NCBI RefSeq assembly: GCF_008831285.2 | Contig: NC_045138.2 | Location: 39,990,001 to 40,054,000, forward strand | Direction: 5' to 3' | DNA: 64,000 nt | Source: Nymphaea colorata | Taxonomy: Eukaryota | Part shown: one piece after another, positions 17,635 through 31,734 of the stretch | Layout: each line of letters begins with the position of its first letter | Numbering within the stretch: position 1 is the stretch's first letter | Program-made: the position numbers and the translations under genes | Notes under the pieces: model-generated | What the model was told of the DNA's origin: nothing | The model's input: only the letters and a program-made list of their open reading frames with translations | The model's database searches: none

Positions 17635-20600
17635 CATGAAATATTGACTATTCAAGAAATCAAAACAAAAACTAACCAGGCTACTCTCCATTCATTCATT
17701 ATGCCAACCTCCTCAAAAGTTGTACTAGAACAACAATCATGGTCGTGTTCTCCCTATTAACTTTTCGGAACAAAATAAGATCGAATGAGTCAGGTCGCAT
17801 GTGTTATATACATGATGAACTAGAAATTAATGTTAAAAAAATAACATGTAAATGAATGATTTTGGTAGTATTCGAAGTTGTTACATGAAAGCGTGTGCAG
17901 TTGCTCAACCTTATACAATTTTTATTATGGGCTTGTAGAATGTCTGTTAAGCATGAGTGCATCTAACTCTTACGGGCTTTCTTGCGTCTCTTCCAGGAGT
18001 ACGACGGATATTATTGACGAAGAAGCAGTTCAAGTAGTGATAAATTGTTTGAATAGTGTTTGATATGCACAGTCATATTGTGTTCTTAGAACATAAAATA
18101 TAAGAATACCATATTTGTGTTCATTAAAAATATAACGTAATTATAGCTGTCATTTTCTAAAGAACTAAACGTTAAATATAATAGCACTTGTAGTGAAAAA
18201 ATAAATCAATTTTATATATGGAAGCAAAATAAAATGGTGAAGGTAAAATTTTTAATTGATAAAATCAGTAGTTAGTTCCTAGGTCTTCCTTCATAATTGT
18301 TTGAGGAAAGAAAGAAGCACGCGTGTCGTACCAAGGTGATGCATACGTGATTGCTGACCTCCGTTATTCTTTTAACTGCAAATGGTAGGTGTGCGACACT
18401 TAGTTGAACGAGATAAAATAGTTTTAAACCTAGAGGTAAAGGGAAAGAGAAGAGATTTTGGCCTCTTGAACTTGCTTATCAAATCAGACTAATATAATAT
18501 GGATTTAAATTAAATATCTACTAAATTATTTTGATCTTAGAAAACCCACTTCGTATTAGCTCCGCAGAATTTTAGTTGATAAGACTCTTGAGATTGTTTC
18601 TATTAATTTAGAAGCACGCCAACTTTGAATTGATGTTATCTTGAGCTTGCTAACATTCGCAAGTCATCGTTTTCACATGAACAGAGCCTTTGCGGGTCAT
18701 TTAAGTTCTTTTTTTTAAACTATTCATTATTCAAATGATTGGCAGCTTCCGAACACAATTAATTTGTTCAGGTAGGCGCCAGTGATGGATCAACCAACCC
18801 TTTTATAAAAACCTCAAGTGGAAAAGGTTAGGTGCTTTTTGGTTTTTTCTTTCTTTTTCCCTTTTTTTAGGGGCCCCAGAATCGTTGATTATTTGATTCA
18901 ACCTCTCCCCAAGCGAAGCAGAACTCCAGTCGGCAGAATGTTTTGAAGAATCTCATACTCAATCTGGCTTCACATTGTATGCAATTTCTCTATCACACAA
19001 AAACTTTTAGACGAGTGCTTTGTGTTTTTATGTCTTAGATCTACTACACAAAGTTATGTGGCGTAGAGCCAAAAGTTTTTCGTTGAGAGGCAGAGTAGTA
19101 CACAGCAGCCCAATTTCAAACCGTTCCAATCTTAGGCCCTTCAAATACATTGGAAAATGACTCAAAGAGGCTAATACATAGAAAACACTTTCAAACTTGA
19201 AAAATGGAACAAATTCACATTTTCAAAGTGATCATGCTCACTTCAAGGGGCTCAGTTGGTCAGCGTACAGATGATGCGCCTTCAATTCAATTTAATATGT
19301 GTTGATTTTCTGGACTGCAAACAGTAGCATGCATTACACTCGAGTTGAAAGGTATACCGCAGACCACTCAAGTCCTCAAGCAACCCTGAACCTTGGGGGC
19401 CGATGGGAGGAAGAATGGCTTTACTTCTCGTATACCAACAAAACGATCACGCTCAACCTCGAGCAAGGCTTGTCAGAGAAAACTTATAAACATGTGGGCC
19501 TATTTCTGAGATTATGTTAAAGAATGGGTTCCTCAATGACAATTTCTGCCTTAAATACAATAATAGGTTTGGAGAAGAGAGAAGACAAAGGAAAGTTGTT
19601 ACAAGATAATCCGATAGTAATTGTAAGCTGAATGGGCCAGGCTCATGCATTGGCACTATCATCTTGTCTGTTGTGTCCCCATTCTATCCAAGCATCTTTC
19701 AAGCAAGGGGGCCAATTATATTTTCAAAATTTCGACAAGCGACCAAAACATAATTTTTCAAAATTCCTATATAAGATAAATGAATTTTTTAATTTACATA
19801 TAAATTTTAAAAAGAAATTGCTCCTGCTTTCAAGGCTTGGGATGGAGCCAAACGAAATGGGGGCCAAGTGGGAGCATTTAGCCTGAGGGAGAACCCACAT
19901 GCGTTAGGTGGAGAAGGCCCTCCCCTTCATCCTAGCCTCAATTTCTGCCACTCTTTCTTATTTCTTATCGGTGAAAGCCAGAAGATACAAGCCAATAAGA
20001 CTAAAAATTCAGGGAAAGAGAAAACCACGTTCTTGGAAAAACACTGTCGATGTTATGAATGGTTAAGTCCATAAGTGCGACCAATTCCATCTTCTGCAAG
20101 TTTCTTGGCAGCCAAAGCAGTCATCTTTCGCGCTAAGTAAAAACGTAGATCCGAAGGATTGGATTTGAATTTCTCGTAGCTCATAGGTAGGCGCTTAGAT
20201 TTCAGATCAGAATCTAGCTCATGTTCATATCTTTCTATTTGGACACATTGCTGAGCACCGCATGTTCCTGATGGCCTCTTCATGGTGGGGAGGGCCTGGA
20301 TCCTTACGTTCCAATCTTTCCCCCGACGATCGTGCGACGCCATTTTTTGCCTTGGTTTCGACTGTAAGCCATCCTGAAGGTCTAAGCACGCCTTTATGGC
20401 ATTACTCGTTGTAAGAAGTGTCCTTACGAACCAGCCAAAACCAAGCACTGCACTCTACTCGTTTACCAACATCGTTAGTCGTTTACCAATTTTGTTTTGG
20501 GTCGTTTGGCAGGAGAGACACTGTCCCAAAGATTGGAACAGTTCATAGAAAAATAGCTATAGTATTTGATGAACCTATCTTAATCTTTGAGACAAATTCA

Positions 20601-22129
20601 TAGGACACTCACAAAGTATCTTTGCTGCCAAATGACTCCTTTGAGGTCGTTCAACAACAGTAAGACATTGTAACTGACTTAGGAATTTGCCTACAAACTT
20701 GAAGTTGATTCATGAAACAGCGTGTTTGAGACAAACTTATAAGATATTAATAGTGGTGTTACTATTGCCAAACAGTCATCACCTGGCAGCGGCTTTCAGT
20801 TGTTTGGCATCAGTAAAAGAAAGTCAACTGGAGGCTCACAAGCAAAACTTTGTTCAAACGGGACCCAACATGGATTGACAATGAGAAGCAGCGGCAAGGG
20901 GGAACCAAAACAAAATACGAACATGGTAGGAGAATGGGCTAGGCAGTCTGAAGCTATAGGTGTACGGCAGATCCAAAGGATCTTCGGGTTTGGTTTCCCT
21001 TTGGCTAAAACAAAGTTGTCTGGGTTTCATTTGAACTTGCTCCAAAAATAGTTGACAGAACATCACAAGTTCAGGACCTACAGGATTCATCCTGATTGAA
21101 AGAGGGTTGAACTGGCTCTGGCAAAAGCAAATTGACAGAAATCACACAAAAAAATAGTGTTGCCCTTTGGAAGCAATGAAACATTTCAAAAACAAAAGAA
21201 TTTCCATGCAAAATGAAGCACCAGTTTACCAGATCATTAAACCCAAACGGGTTGGTCTAATGAGACAGGCGTTGACTGTTATGTGTGGACAGTAAGGGTT
21301 CAGTTCTCATGGGCACCGTCTCTTGCAGAAGTGTACCTCCTTAATCTGGAGACTTGTAGGTTTCTTCTCTAGGATTTAGTTTGCGCTATGTCTTGCCAAA
21401 AAAGAAAAAATGGTAGTCAGGTCACCAATAAAACGGCCTGTGCAAGAGATGGTAAAAATTGAATAACAAGAAAAGGCCACATGGGTTAATTCAATATTAT
21501 CCAATACCTGTTAATATGTCAGAATAAAGCGGCAGTTACAGTTCCGTGCATCCAACTAAATGCATCAGCCATGTATCATAAAAATGATGCACAAGATAAA
21601 AACACCAAGTGGATGGTACAAGTCCTTATTACCAATTTTGTCTTGGAAATTTAAAGGGCAAATGATTAATGGGAACATATTGGTGCGAATCATAGTCTGT
21701 TTGTGGAATCTACTGATGTTAATCGCTTCTTTTCTTGCATGCCTTCAACAACTTGTTTCCAAGGTGGGTGCTTAACAACCTCCTTAATCTATTTGGACAT
21801 CCGAGCAATTTGTGTCCTGATTCAGGTTTGAAACGTAGGTCTTGAGTAACATTAAATGTGTGGCTGGCCTTGTGGCTGTGAGCGCCATCCTTGGCTCTTC
21901 CAGATTACACGTACTTCAACATAACAAATTCTGACATTATGACAAACTTCTGTGAAATACCTTAAGGGAATGAAGAATAATATACAATAGAAGCAACTGT
22001 TTTCTGTACAAAAGAAGAGAGGCGCTGACTGCTATGGCAATCAATGACGTGGCATTCAGCATGGATATAATACATGAAGCTCGGCACTTTTGCTGATCTT
22101 TTTCAAAGATGCAAATCAACCACTGATGG

Positions 22130-25100
22130 TCATCTTTCATTAGAAGAATCACTGAGAACAGAATTCTCTTTCTCCATGGAAATGATGCATTCCAATCTGT
22201 TGTAGACCTGACAAAAAAAAATGGAAATAATCAGACTCGCCTAGTGGGTCCACAACTCAATCAACAATGCCCATTTTTTTGAGGTCCTAGACATACCTCA
22301 GCAAGGTCGCTTTTGTTTTTTTCACTTGCCAATGATGCCTCCTCGTACCTAGAATGTCCATCAAACATAAGAGAAGTTCTTAAAAAAATATGCATCTGAA
22401 CATGGAGAAATATTTGACATACACATAATATTTCATGATAATAGATACAGTAGCGTCTTGCCCCCTCGAAGCACAGATATGTACCAATAGAGTAAAACCG
22501 TAGAAGAACAGCCTACCAGTCACGAGGAATACCAGCTTCTTGACGTGCCACATGATTGAATGGGCCTTTCAGTTCTACATTGAACTCCTTTAATATGTCT
22601 AAAAGAAATTGAATTTCAATGTCAAGTCAGGAAATCTGAATTATGTTAGCCAGAAATCTACTGAATTTTTAATATGTACCCTTGAAACTGATGTCAGGCA
22701 TACGGCCCAATTTCTCACACACTCTCAGGAACCAAAACATCCCAACTGCAACATGTGCAACTTCCTCCTCAGAGATCTTCGCTACAATGCTTGATGTCCT
22801 GTTATCCCCAAATCCTACCAATCTTTTGACAAGTCTAGGCCCAGCATCAAGCCCCCTGGCCTCCTGTTCATAACAAGGAAACCACCAACACATGTAAGTC
22901 TATCCAAAAGGTCCATAAAATTTAGCGAATATTTGATGTGCTATGAAGGTAACAAACAATAGTCAGGCATTTAAGAATGGCATCTGGCATCTGAGCTGAA
23001 GAAATATGACCTCAATGATGTAAACACTAAATACAATATTTAAGCCCAACGAAACTATCTGTTTAGTTCCATACATAAGTTGGTTATAAGATTGCAGAAG
23101 GTATTTTAAACCCAACGGGAGAAACACATTCTGGTTCTCTTGGAGTCAGGTATACCATTCCAGCAGATGTGTCTACCTGAACAAGTGGAATAACTGCCAA
23201 ACGTGCTGCAACATTCCCAGATGTTCTAGCACACTCCCTCCAAAGCAGATTATGAGCAAACATATCCCCATAGCTACAATTTAAAGAAAGCACAAAAATT
23301 CCATTAGAAAAGAGATTGATGTTTTCTTTCCTTTTGTTCATCCACTTTCCATCATTTGGGTTCTGGTCAAGTGGTTTTGAACTCTAGTTTAAAACTTTAA
23401 GTAATTCTAAAGCAAAAGTAGAAACATATAACTGCAAATTGCTCTAGCTGAGGGTTAAATCTTACCTAAAGCCAAGCTCTTCGAGCCTTTGAGAGCACCA
23501 AGAAAAGTGACGACTCTCATCATCAGCAACATGGGCAAAATCAGAGAAAAATTGAGAACCAAGTACATCAAACAACGAAGAGAACCTGACTACGGTATCC
23601 CATGCCAGATCGATAGCATTCAGCTCTACGTGTGCAAGATTATGCAGCATATATGCATTAAGTGGCAAGCCAGATTCTTTGGGAGAAGGTATTTCCTTGT
23701 GTGAGACCTGAAACATGCACATTTACAATAAATACACAATAGCATGGCTATAGAAAATGGATTTCAATTAGTAGCAGGATACACAGTTAGTTACACCAGA
23801 ATTGAAGCCTCGGAGGTTAGAACTCGTTCACATTCATATTGAGGCTAATCAACTTTTCGAAATTGCAGAAACGAAGTTTAGAAAATAAGGTTGCTTATGC
23901 ACGTCATTGTTCAAAATTCAAATATTTTAAGAAGAGGCATCAGCTAACAAAAATAATGTATCTAGATGGAAGAATAACATGCAAAGGTTAGCACAATTCT
24001 TGTCCTTTGTAATATCCCCAGTGATCCATGTAGAAACAGATATTAGAATTTAGGAGGTTAAAAAGTCCCACAAGAATTAAGGCAACCAAGAGACAAGTAC
24101 ACTAAGTCTACAATAATGCTATCAGACAAAGTGGTTAACATACTTCATAACAACATAACAGGACTTAAACATGCACCATCTTTAAAATCTCCTTTTGTGC
24201 AAGATCTTTCACTGGAGAAAGATTTCCAAGCTGTTGGAAATTTCCTCTAGACATCTAACAAAGTGACAAAGCTGTGACAAAGCTGACGCAAAGCCCAAGT
24301 TTTGGACCCAAGTGACAAACACAAAGATTTAACAATTGCACATAAAAAATGATTAGAAGTGTCCAAATTGGTTTGAGCATGCAATGTAAACATAAAGGAA
24401 TTAACTTGGAAATAGAAGAATCCAAATCGAAACTTAAGCAACAACGGTGAACAAGAAGAGAGTATCTTAGAGCAGCCACAAGTGCTAACTTGGAACTTCA
24501 CGATACGGCTGTAAATGAGATTGATGAGTTTGCCCTTGGCTTAATAAAACAATTTTCAACACATAATATAACTATGGCTCATGACTTTTTGTTCACGCAC
24601 AATGATTACGAACACCAGAATAAACAGATCCATGAAGCGCTTCTGAGTCTGCCATTCACATTTTTGCACCATTGGAAAATTTTGCATAACAATCACCATA
24701 AGTATGAATGGCAAGAATCCAAAGGTAAGTTTCAGTCATATAGGACAAGAAAATGTGAGAAAACATAGATGACAAGCTCACAACTTTCACACAGGTACAG
24801 ACTAATGAAAATGTGGCCATGAAGAACAGTGTGAATAAGGAGCTGAAATCCATTAACCCAACCCGCATTACTTACACCACCCATAGTACTACCCACCAAA
24901 AAGGCTGCATCACGAACCAGTAAGCGAACCATGAATTGTTATTTTTTAAAAGAATGAGATCCTCCCCAGAAAGCAGAAGATAATCATATTATATTTTCTT
25001 ATTAAATTACCAATTCACTAGCACACACACATGAAGCCACAGATTCTCAGCGGCTACCATCCACTTTCTTAAATGAGACACATGAAAAGATTACCACACA

Positions 25101-25793
25101 GAGGGCATTCCAAATAAATAGAATTACATAATATAAAGGACGTCAATGCACTACCACTCTCTATGTTCAAACAGACGGCAAGTGGAATAAATCTACGAGC
25201 AGGTCCGAAAGCAGTTCGTGTGTTATGACTATAGGATACCAGAGCAAAAAAAAGGAAAGAAGGATAGAACACACGAAACAAAATGAAACGAAATGGGAAC
25301 AGAAAAGAAGAAAGCCAACCAACAGAGGTTTTTCAGGACGAGCGGGACAATCCGGCGGCTCGGCAGCGCCAAGAGAAAGCTCGTCGCTGACCCACTTAGT
25401 GTACGCGATGTGGGTATACGCCGCTTTGGCCGCGGGATCGCTGGTGGAGAGGATCAGGCGTCCCCATTCTGCCAGAGAAGATAATGACTGGGATTCGAGA
25501 GTTTGGCGGTGCGGAGGAAGAGAGAAGGACGAGGAGGACGAAGACAAGGAGGATTCGGGACCCTTGGCCCCCCACACCCTGAGGCCGTTGATGGGCGCTT
25601 CCCTCCAATCATCAAGACCCGACCATTGATGCGGCCCGTGCCGGTACCGAGCGGTGGAGGTGGAGTCGTCGGAACGCCGGCGGGAGGAGGCGAAGAAGGA
25701 GAGGCGGGAAGGGAGGCGCTGGGTAGTCGGCGAGAGGAGGAGGGTCGCCCGCAGGAACGTCGCGCCGGCCGTGGGCTTAGGAAGTAAGGCCAT
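22130..25793 (-). CDS. DUF455 ferritin-like (di-iron four-helix bundle) protein with a transit-peptide-like N-terminus
   Basis: Exons 25793-25320, 23707-23466, 23273-23177, 22863-22680, 22598-22517, 22348-22297, 22207-22130 (TGA), all GT-AG and in frame. Motifs: PARPEKP, MLHNLAHVELNAIDLAWD, ADDESRHF, QEARGLDAG, EEEVAHVAVG, GPFNHVARQEAGIPRDWY. The first ~45 aa are rich in Ser/Arg/Thr/Ala. Confidence 0.9.
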
Positions 25794-26949
25794 CGTGATC
25801 GGGCTACTGCTGCAGTGCTGCTGCCACCACTCGCTGGGTTCATCTTCGTGTGGGACTGGGCGGTCTCCGACTCTCCGCCTGCAAGTAAAACGGGCCGGAT
25901 TCGAAATTCTTGTGAGGTCCAGATCTTCACAAACAGCTGATGCATGTTACTATGTTAGGTCTTAGTCAAACTTTTTGTTGTTTGAAAGATGCAAGAACTA
26001 TATCATGAATTTGTTACCCTCAAATCAGTCTTTTCTCACCACTAACTTGAGATTCATTATTTAAAGGATAATAGAAGTCTCAAATTTATAATTAGCTGGG
26101 CTCTATGTTGAATCAGACTCTTAAAAGAAAAGTACAAGGTAATCAAACACTCGTTAACATTTCTATACAAGCTGATTCAATTTTACGACCCGAAGGAGTT
26201 AGGCTAAGGAAATCAAACTAGACCGGTTGGCAGGTCAACCACATTTTGTCAATCGATAATGTGCCAAAATGTTCATTCATCATCGAGGGTGAAGAGGGCT
26301 AGTATAGTATGGAGAATCATAACTGATCCTGAGAAGAATGACATAGCTGGTCGAGTTGATGGGCCGGTGAAAGTTCATCATCTGTTTGATTCATATAAAT
26401 AATATTCCTCTAAATCACAAACAATGGCAGACAGCCCTCTTGAATTATCATAGGGCAAGTTGATGTATTTCAAAACGATGAGCAGCTTAGCTTGTTTGAT
26501 AAGAACTAATAGTGTGTTTGAATGCCACATCATTTAGGCTAGCAAACTCAGGCTTTAAATGGCTACCGTTTCTACCGTCAATTAATCAGTATTGAGAGCC
26601 TATCATTTTGCTGAGTTATGCTACGTCTTTTCGAGTGGTAAAAGAGGAATCCGAAAAGCAATGTCGTTAATACGTGTCACGTATCATCCATTTTTTTTAA
26701 ATTTAAAAATAATTTTAATATAATTAATTGGAAAACAAAAAGTTACAAAGAAGATAAGCATATTGTATTTTCCTTGCACTATATCGGCAAGAGGTTGATC
26801 CAATGAATATTGGTCGATAGTGCTCTCTGGAGCTTTTCCATGATTCTTTTTGTAGGTTTTAATCCTCATCACTCGCTCCAATGGTTTCCCTCTTCGAGAG
26901 ACGCACCATGCATGATATAAAAAACGTTGCTTGCAATTGCAATAATTGC

Positions 26950-26955
<6 letters not shown>

Positions 26956-27012
<57 letters not shown>
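26956..27012. repeat. (TA)n microsatellite
   Basis: Direct dinucleotide run; source of the spurious YIYIYI ORFs. Confidence 0.95.
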
Positions 27013-27017
<5 letters not shown>

Positions 27018-29389
27018 CACTATGTGAACTTATTATAATCACATATATGATCAATTTGATTGGTGAATAATACATTTTATTAGTCAAGTTGATTAGTCCC
27101 ATGATAATCCATTTTATATGAATTGATTATAATTCAATCATCAGATTAACTTGATTAATAATTTATAAGACTCTACTTAAAAGTAATTGATATAATCGTA
27201 TTTGAACTTTAACAAATAACTTTGCTGCGCATGTGATCTTTTTGTAAACCATTAATCAAGTTGATTAAGCAGCTGACAATCAGTGGAATTGATCTTTATA
27301 CTCATGTATGCTATTTCATCAATATACATAAAGTAAATCAGAATTCATAATTAACGTAGTTGCGTCTGAATTAATTAATACATTGACAATGGAATCATAT
27401 ATGTCTGCACGTATTTGCTCCGCATTGTTCAAATCTAAAAGCATGGTCCATGGAACCAGCAGTTATATATGAAGCTTAGTAGGTAGAAGATTTGGTCATT
27501 ATGATGGCCGTAGGGAAGGGAAAAAGTGTTGCCCCTTTATAGAATGAGCTAAGCATGAATGAGCTCATGATAATTTTCTTCATGAATGAGATCGCGTATG
27601 TTTATGTTCATCACCTTGCGAGCATAAATTATCATGTGGATGATATTACTCATCATGTGAGCCTCACAAAAGTAACTTAGTTCATGAATAACCAATCTTG
27701 ATCATGTACAGTACACTGAGTTTATCAAAAGTTGGCTGCTTGAATTTGGATGCCATTATCATAATAAGATCACTTATAAGCTGTTTATTCCATTAAAAAA
27801 AAAAAAACCCATTTCATGCCTTCTCTTGCATTTTCAAAATTATCCTTTTTATTCAATTTTTTCCCCGATGAAATCTAGTTAAGCCATTACGTGTGAATAA
27901 TCTTAATTTTGACAAGCTAAATTGGAAATTCTAAGATTTTCACGTAGTTAATGTTTGTGCAGGGGGCAGTATTATATATTTGAACATAAAATGAAATCAA
28001 ATGAACTAGGCTAGCTGTCTATTTAGTGGTTGCAGATGAACTGGTAAAAAAAAATTATTATGTATATTTTTTTGAATAAAAATGGAATATATGCAGAAAT
28101 TGATTAAAACTAAATAAATTAAAGTTAATATATGAGTAAAGTAGGCATGCCATATCCACTGTCAAAAATCCTGGAAGTTTTCTCGAAGATGCTAAAAAGG
28201 GAGGTGGGTTGAAAAAAGAGGAAAAACAATAATATCTAAGTAAAATGCCAAAATGAGATGTAACGCACTTTTGTAATGTCCTTTCTCATTTTCAAAAAAA
28301 TGAAAAAAAATGTTAATTTTTTAAACTTTTATTTAACATATTACCAAATATTTTGAATCTGGTCAAATTTTTATGAGAAAATTAACAGAATATTCTAATT
28401 TCATTTCTCTGTCACTATTTATATTTTTAAAATTTTCCAAATGCTCAAAAATTTCCTGGGAAAAATGATATATCGATTAACATCTGAAAAAACTAGAAGA
28501 TGATAATGATATTTCTAACATATATAACTAATGCAGCAACAAATCGGAGAGGCACAAGAAGTTGCAAACACAGTCAACAAACATAAACAGAAATTCCATT
28601 TTCTGTCGAGTTTCGCCGCAAAGGCAACCGCCACTAATAATAGACACAGGCATCTGATTGCTAATTTATGTCCATGATTAAAGGAAATCAAACGTTAGCT
28701 CCACTATCTTCTAGGCATTTGTTTATTCTCGACACATTACTGTGGAAATCCGAGCGATTTCTTTTCTCATCATGTTACGATTATACTAATCACAAACAGA
28801 AACAGCATTATACAGATTACAGTTTCTTTTTTAAGCTAAAGAAACCGCCATATCTTTGGATGTTTCAGACCTCTCAGCTCGAGATAAGATGCATGTCCAT
28901 CATGTCTAGAGACTGTTGAGATGCTCTGGTTGTTGCCGCGATTGCAAAGTCTCCCCATTGTTGGTCTTGTGGCAAAAGAATATATACTTAGAGAGTGCTT
29001 TAAAATAGCTAGGAGCTATTTGGGTTTGTAGCTGTATACTTTGTATTCCAGAAAATGGTAACTAAAATCCTGTTTTGGAGCATACAGAATGTGCGACTGT
29101 TAGTCTCTTCAACATGGAATGGAGCTCAATATTGGAAAATTAGAAGAAAAGTTGTGTACAGTGACTAAGATCATCATCCACACTGGCACGACTGCAAGTT
29201 CTGCATAAAATTCATGGTGGTCATGCTGCAGAATGATCACGCAAGAGTAAGCCTTTGGTTACAGGACAGACGCTTCTGCAGCAAGTGTTAACAAGAGAAT
29301 GGATTAGAGCAAATGGTAATTTGGAATCCTGTGAATTTAGCATGCAGGTTCCCTCATGAGAAGTTTAATATGTTACGCAAATTAAAAGC

Positions 29390-29396
<7 letters not shown>

Positions 29397-29433
<37 letters not shown>

Positions 29434-29444
29434 ATATATATATA
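29397..29444. repeat. (TA)n microsatellite, one interruption
   Basis: Direct dinucleotide run. Confidence 0.9.
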
Positions 29445-31257
29445 TTAAAAAAACACAATAGATCTGGAATTCGAGTCGCCTGGGGTTCATTCGGGAAATG
29501 GTGCTCCATTTGATTTTACGTGAGTTCAGAATTCGTTCCTAAATGGTTGAAATTGAGAGCCCTCATATCAAGAATCAATGCGATGGTACTGTAAGTCAAG
29601 ATGTCATCTTACCCTGAACTGGTCGGCAGGATCTGGACCAGCTAATATGGTGGGAAGGGATGCATGGTTACATACTGTAACCGCCCATGGCTTTCCATAT
29701 AAGGAGCGGTTACAGCATCGCCCCATTGGTCTTGGCCTTCTATATACCAGTGGGCTTTCCGGCATGAGGCTTCTCACCGGCGAATAGAAGTTGCAAAATC
29801 CGGGCAGTGGCTTATTTGCAGCGCCTCGGGTTCTCGGCATCGAATCTTCGGAGATGCATCATGCATTGACTCCTTGATATGTGACTGAGGTAAATACTTG
29901 TTTTGCTTTTTCCTCCACGTACAAGCGTAATTTAATTTGTACTCTCGAACTTTCTCAGGTTCATACACTCTACATCTTATTCGATTCTTAATTGTAAGCT
30001 GAAAATGTTTTAAATCGTGAAAAACCAAGCACAGAATTCCTTCCTTAGACATTTTCATGATTCTCAGAAGCCTTTTCCCACGTATATATGCATCCTTTTT
30101 CCTTTCTGTTTACTCTTCTCATTATCTCCAAAACCCCAGTATCTCCTCCACATTTCCTGCAATATCCTGTTTCCTGGAACTTTCTGCCACGAGCTTCTGT
30201 TGACTTAGCCTGCCATGGACTTCCAAATTCATCTTGGTCTTGTTACGTAAGAGCAGAAGAACATTGAATTGACACGATGCAAGGTCAAATATTATTCCCC
30301 CCCATTAATCTATTCTTCATGAGTTGAGAACAGACAGAATGATAGCAACCATATTAAATAAGTTCATATTAAATAAGTGTCTATGGAATTTCCTGATGAG
30401 TAGGATCACCCTCAACCCAGACCTTTTCAAGGAGCCTTCAAATAGAAAGTGGTGGTTCTTTTGTAGTGGTGAAGTCCTTTTGGCATGGGGCCGAGCCTTT
30501 TTACTTTTAAGTATTACTTGACAGCAGTCACCTTCAACGTCGTCTGCGTCACCTATTCATGGAGATGTAAAGTGAGCTTCAACCACTATGATAACTCTAT
30601 CCGTGTTGCTTAAGGTGACCAATCCGGGACCTAAAATACTGTTCATTATGATCTCTATGTATATGGACACATGCAAACTGTGAGTTGAGTATCATCATGT
30701 CCTTTAAAGCATCCATTGTTTTTATGAGGGGGCAAATGTGATAGGACTTGCTTTTGATCGGCCCACTTTCTCATACTAATGATATGTTCCATGCCGTGCT
30801 CTATTTATAATCGTTTCTCTTGCACGAAAGGATCATGTCGGTCGTGCATAAAGAACTCCATGAGAGGACAAGTTTTCATGCTTCAACATAGAGTACCTGT
30901 AAATTAATTAAAAAGTGATACCTCTCTCTTTATATGTATTATATAATTTTCTACCAAAATCTTTAGTTCAGGACAAGAAGAAAGGAAGCCGGAAAAGGAC
31001 AAAGAAAGAACTACTTTATTCATGGCTCTCATGATGAGCCTGAAAACAACACCATGCATTCGCAAAGAACAAAGGAAGTGAAAGAAGAACTCAGCAATAG
31101 ACTCTACAGCTAAGAAGGATTGGTCCCCTAAGTACTCTGCTGTGGGTAGCAGAAAGGAACCCGAAACCCTCTTGGGGGAAAAGTGAAGAAGTGAAAAGGA
31201 AAGAAAAAAGCGGCAAAAAACAGCAGTGTCGACAGAAAGCATGAAAGGTTGCCGTTT

Positions 31258-31518
31258 CTACACAGGTGGTGAAGAATGGTGCTGGGGGTCGGGCCCTCCG
31301 GGGGCGACCCTCTCTAGGCCAGTGCTGTTCTCTCCTGTGATTCTACCTGTCCTTCCGAAAGCCGAATCAACTGCTGCGTTCGGTTTGATCCCCTTCGCTG
31401 CGGAAGGCTTGTCCTTCCCTTGAAGTGCACGTTCCAGGAGTACACGAGATTCTGAAACTGCAAGCAGCCACACAACGACGGCCAACAGAAGCCAGGTCCT
31501 TGGTCCAAGATGATCCAT
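31258..31518 (-). CDS. CLE: CLAVATA3/ESR-related (CLE) peptide precursor, 86 aa
   Basis: ATG at 31518; signal-peptide-like MDHLGPRTWLLLAVVVWLLAVSES; variable region; C-terminal 12-aa CLE motif RVAPGGPDPQHH (31311-31276) followed by SSPPV*. The longer ORF in the track starts at TTG. Confidence 0.92.
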   Translation of the reverse strand: MDHLGPRTWLLLAVVVWLLAVSESRVLLERALQGKDKPSAAKGIKPNAAVDSAFGRTGRITGENSTGLERVAPGGPDPQHHSSPPV

Positions 31519-31726
31519 GTCTCTCTCTCCCTTGTGTGTGTGTGCGCGCGCACAATTTTTTTGAAGTAGACTGGACAAGTAGAAGACTAAAAGGCTCCCA
31601 GGAAGATGAAAAAGAAGGAAAAGGAGGGGATTCAAAGATGAGCAGGAAAGGTGAAGAGGGAAAGGAGCACGAGAATGAGGAGAAAGATTCGTCGGAGGAT
31701 GAGGAGATTCATCGGACGATGAGCTC

Positions 31727-31734
31727 TATATATA
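31727..31734 (-). promoter_or_regulatory. Putative TATA box of the CLE gene
   Basis: TATATATA ~210 bp upstream of the CLE ATG, followed on the minus strand by a CT-rich leader. Confidence 0.5.

Noticed and set aside
19884..20500. Possible solo LTR (minus orientation) and 131 aa ORF
   Set aside because: LTR-like composition and a TG/CA-type end, but no second boundary, 5 bp TSD, PBS or PPT identified
22435..22485. Alternative terminal exon of the DUF455 gene (YISVLRGGKTLLYLLS*)
   Set aside because: No AG acceptor in front of it; the exon at 22348 has a proper acceptor and continues the frame
25225..25965. Overlapping ORFs around DUF455 exon 1
   Set aside because: GC-rich first-exon shadows with no independent evidence
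26684..27102. YIYIYI-rich ORFs
   Set aside because: Translation of a (TA)n microsatellite
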